A DNA stretch of 62,296 bases, counting the filler, from Catajapyx aquilonaris (lineage: Eukaryota): NCBI GenBank assembly GCA_000934665.2. It is 3 parts of 3 records of this genome, joined end to end, with 100 filler letters (N's around TTAATTAATTAA, not from the genome) between each part and the next. Parts side by side here need not be neighbours in the genome. Positions count along the whole stretch, not along the records: positions 41,603 to 62,296 come from JYFJ02006213.1; 2 more parts are not named here. One strand, 5' to 3'. The translations under genes and the position numbers were made by a program. Of this stretch, positions 59,337 through 62,296 are shown piece by piece. Within the stretch, counting starts at the first letter, position 1, and every line of letters begins with the position of its first letter. The notes under the pieces are model-generated. The model was given only the letters and a program-made list of their open reading frames with translations. It was not told the DNA's origin and did not search any database.

Positions 59337-62116
59337 TTACTGTTCCAACTTTTTCCGAATTGGTTGAAACCTTTCAGTAAACTGGTCCATAGCATCAAGA
59401 AGAGTGCACATTTGGGCCTGATAGTTTACCTCAAGAAAGTCCAACATTTTATAGCACTCATTCCTCGCCCAATTCTTCTCTTCTTCGGATACTCTGTTGC
59501 CTTCGTACGCTGCTTCAACACTACTCTTGAGTGAATACACGTAGTCCTGCAATTTACACTTGGCCGCTTCTTCATCAGTCGTCATTTCTTCCTTCTTGCG
59601 GAAGAGCAATGCTTCCTTCTTCATTTGTAACAAATCAGCCTGTCTTTCCGCGTCTGTTTTGCATGTCGTATGATGTAGAATTCCGTTGGAGTTAATGCTT
59701 AAAATTACTTCATTCCCACTGACACAACCACTGAATGCAACCACATCCTGAAACTGAATGAAAGACAAGGTTTATTAGTGGGCCTATATGAAAAATTGGT
59801 AATATCGTTGCGTATCATATTATGTTTGAAAAAGTTCGGTACACTTACAGGGACTGTGATTGTGACACGTTTTCCCGCCAACTGCATGGAGCTAGACACC
59901 TCTTTATTCTGTGTAATTATTTGCAAAATTCCTCCACTGTAATTAACACCAACTTGTGTACTAAGCTCGTTCCGTTGATTAACCATCGGTTTGCACGTCT
60001 TGGCTGGCTGCTCTCTTCTTTTGACCTCTTTCTTATTGGACATTTTGTCACTTTTACTTATGCTCGAGCTGACCTGATGATTGTGTAATTCGTGGGATAT
60101 TGGTCGATACGGAGAGGACACGCTCATGTTTCTTCTTACAGTGGGTTGGGTTCTAGGATATATTCCGCCAGTTTCTCCGTGTGTTTTGCCTCCTGTGTTG
60201 TGTATGGCAGTATCTTTCTGTATCATCCCTGCGACGGAGGTTTGTTGGAATATTGTCGCATGAATATTCTGGTCATGGTCATTACCTTTAGTTTTTTCTG
60301 ATCTGGCAGCAGCTTCGAGTTTGCGATTGGGACTTGTCCTTTGAGTCATGTCTTTTCCACTTACATCAGCAGGTTTGGTATTGGGAAGCGGCGGATTTGT
60401 TTCCTTTACCATGTTTTTTAAAGGAAAAGAAGTCCTGTACATACCAATTTGGTTGCCCTGCAAATACGAAACGCCTTTGGTCATCATTGAACTTTTGCCA
60501 ATGGCACCTTCCACAGCTGCTCCATAGACTAGTACATCCTCTGGTTCTATGCACTGGTTCAGCTCGTGCAAGTTGAAGAAATCCTTCACCATTTCTCTTA
60601 GCTTTGGAATCCGTGTAGATCCACCAACCAGGACCACGTGCTCTATTTGGCTTCTTTCTAATCCGGCCTTCGACAGTGCACGTTCCACTAGATCCAAAGT
60701 GACACTGATCACTCCAGTGACAAGTCTTTCAAATTGTTGCCGAGAAATCTGTAGAAATTGTAAAATCATGCTGGAGTACTTAAATTGGCAATGAAATATG
60801 CCTACATATGAAAGATCACACTCATCTGCTTGGGAAAGAAAAGTGATAGTTAGCAAATATTATGATGTTGTCCAATTTTTGCATTTCCAAATTTTTGAAA
60901 AAAATTGATAATGTTGCATAATTCTGTTAATTTTTTCCGAGGTATTTATGAACCATGGAGAAACCAAGCCAGTTAGTTCGTGTGTTATCATTACTGAAAA
61001 TATCCCAAAGTGGTAAGGACATACATTTTTTTGCTTCCCAATTCTTCACCGATTGTATCAGGCATTCGTACCTTGCATGTGAATTTGTAGCCGCTGCGAA
61101 GTCTATGAACTGTTATAGTCGTCTCATTTTGAATGGAGAGTGTTTTTTTGGCTTCCTCGCAAGCTGGATAAAGCTTAATCCGTGCCTGGAGGTCATTACG
61201 CAAATCCAGATTCTGAATTGTCATAATCTCAATTAAACAGTGTGACACCAGACACCTGTCCAATATCTTCCCTCCCAGCATAAGGTCATTTTGGCTTGCG
61301 ATGGTCTCAACATGAAAGTCGGTCACTTTCATCACCGAAGCTTGGAATACGTACGTGCCCATGTCATAGACCAGCACATAGGTCTCGTTCTTCAGGCCCT
61401 TATTGTGACAGTAAGCAAGAGCAGCGGCAGTGCAGCTGTCGATGACTCGAATAAGTCTGATCTTGGCCATGTCTGCCACTTCACTCGTCGCTTGCTCTCT
61501 TTGAAACTCGTTGAAATAAGCTGGAACCGTCATTACTGCTTGGGTCAGACCGAGACGCAAGAATTTCTGTGCGTTACTCAGCATTACTTCTAGCACCTGG
61601 TACATTACACTTTCCGGATGATACGTCCTCTTGCTTCTGCCTATCGTCACTGAAATACGGGCTTTACCGGTAGTGCACGACAGCAATTGAAAAGGCCAGC
61701 CAAAATTTTCGATTGGTGGAATGGATCCGTCGTGTCCTCGACCAATCAGACGTTTCACTTCAAACAAAGTGTTCTTCGGGTTGGTGGACATCTGTGAGAT
61801 GCAAAGAGGTGAAGATAAGCAGTAAATAAATGGCATTATTTTTAAGCCCCATTTCGACCTGTTAGGATGGTTTAAAATATTTAGATTCAATTACGACCAG
61901 CTTATTATTAATTCAGTTATACTGTATACTCACCTGTTGTCTGGCCAAGTCTCCAACGAAGATTTGATTGTCTCTGAAGGAGACATAACTCGGGGTGAAT
62001 TTCTTTCCCGTGTGTGAGTTTGGAATGATCTCGATCTTTCCACCTTTCCACACTGCAATTCTGGACTCGGAAGTACCCAAATCGATCCCAGAAACAGGTA
62101 ACTTCATTAAAGACAT
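59337..62116 (-). CDS. Hsp70-like G7: degenerate NBD, ~190-aa low-complexity insert, lid (~737 aa); exons 62116-61934, 61791-61072, 60748-59849, 59747-59337
   Basis: [49 protein letters not shown]; all introns phase 0 GT-AG. Confidence 0.85.
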
Positions 62117-62296
62117 TTCCGACACTGTTGTGCGTTTCTGTAAAATGTTGCCTTTTCAAGCGAGAAAGAAAAAGGCATGTGATTCTTAAAACATCTAAAA
62201 CATGGCCACGTATTAGCGAAGGAAAAAAAATAATGCGCACTTTGTCTACCTGTCTTGCATGTCGATTACTACTTTTAATGATATGGTCACCATACA

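Overview
Eukaryotic, arthropod-like genomic DNA with short GT-AG introns. It is three apparently unrelated contigs of about 20.7 kb (1-20705, 20806-41502, 41603-62296) joined by artificial 100-nt N44-TTAATTAATTAA-N44 spacers. Contig 1 holds an intronless ankyrin-repeat gene and five DmsR/myosuppressin-receptor-like class A GPCR genes. Between the GPCRs lie two copies of a 3-exon gene, only partly visible in the ORF track, encoding a small secreted Pro/Cys-rich protein with a variable N-terminus and a near-invariant C-terminal domain; this is a candidate linked ligand-receptor locus. Contig 2 holds a BTB/C2H2 zinc-finger gene among nested MITEs, SINEs and decayed Tc1/mariner and LINE remnants. 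Contig 3 is a cluster of six domain-shuffled Hsp70-derived genes plus one pseudogene, including tandem double-NBD proteins, probable pseudo-ATPases, NBD-less lid-only proteins and a CaaX-terminated member. Gene models were built by hand from splice sites and codon phase; family assignments rest on motif recognition, with no database search.
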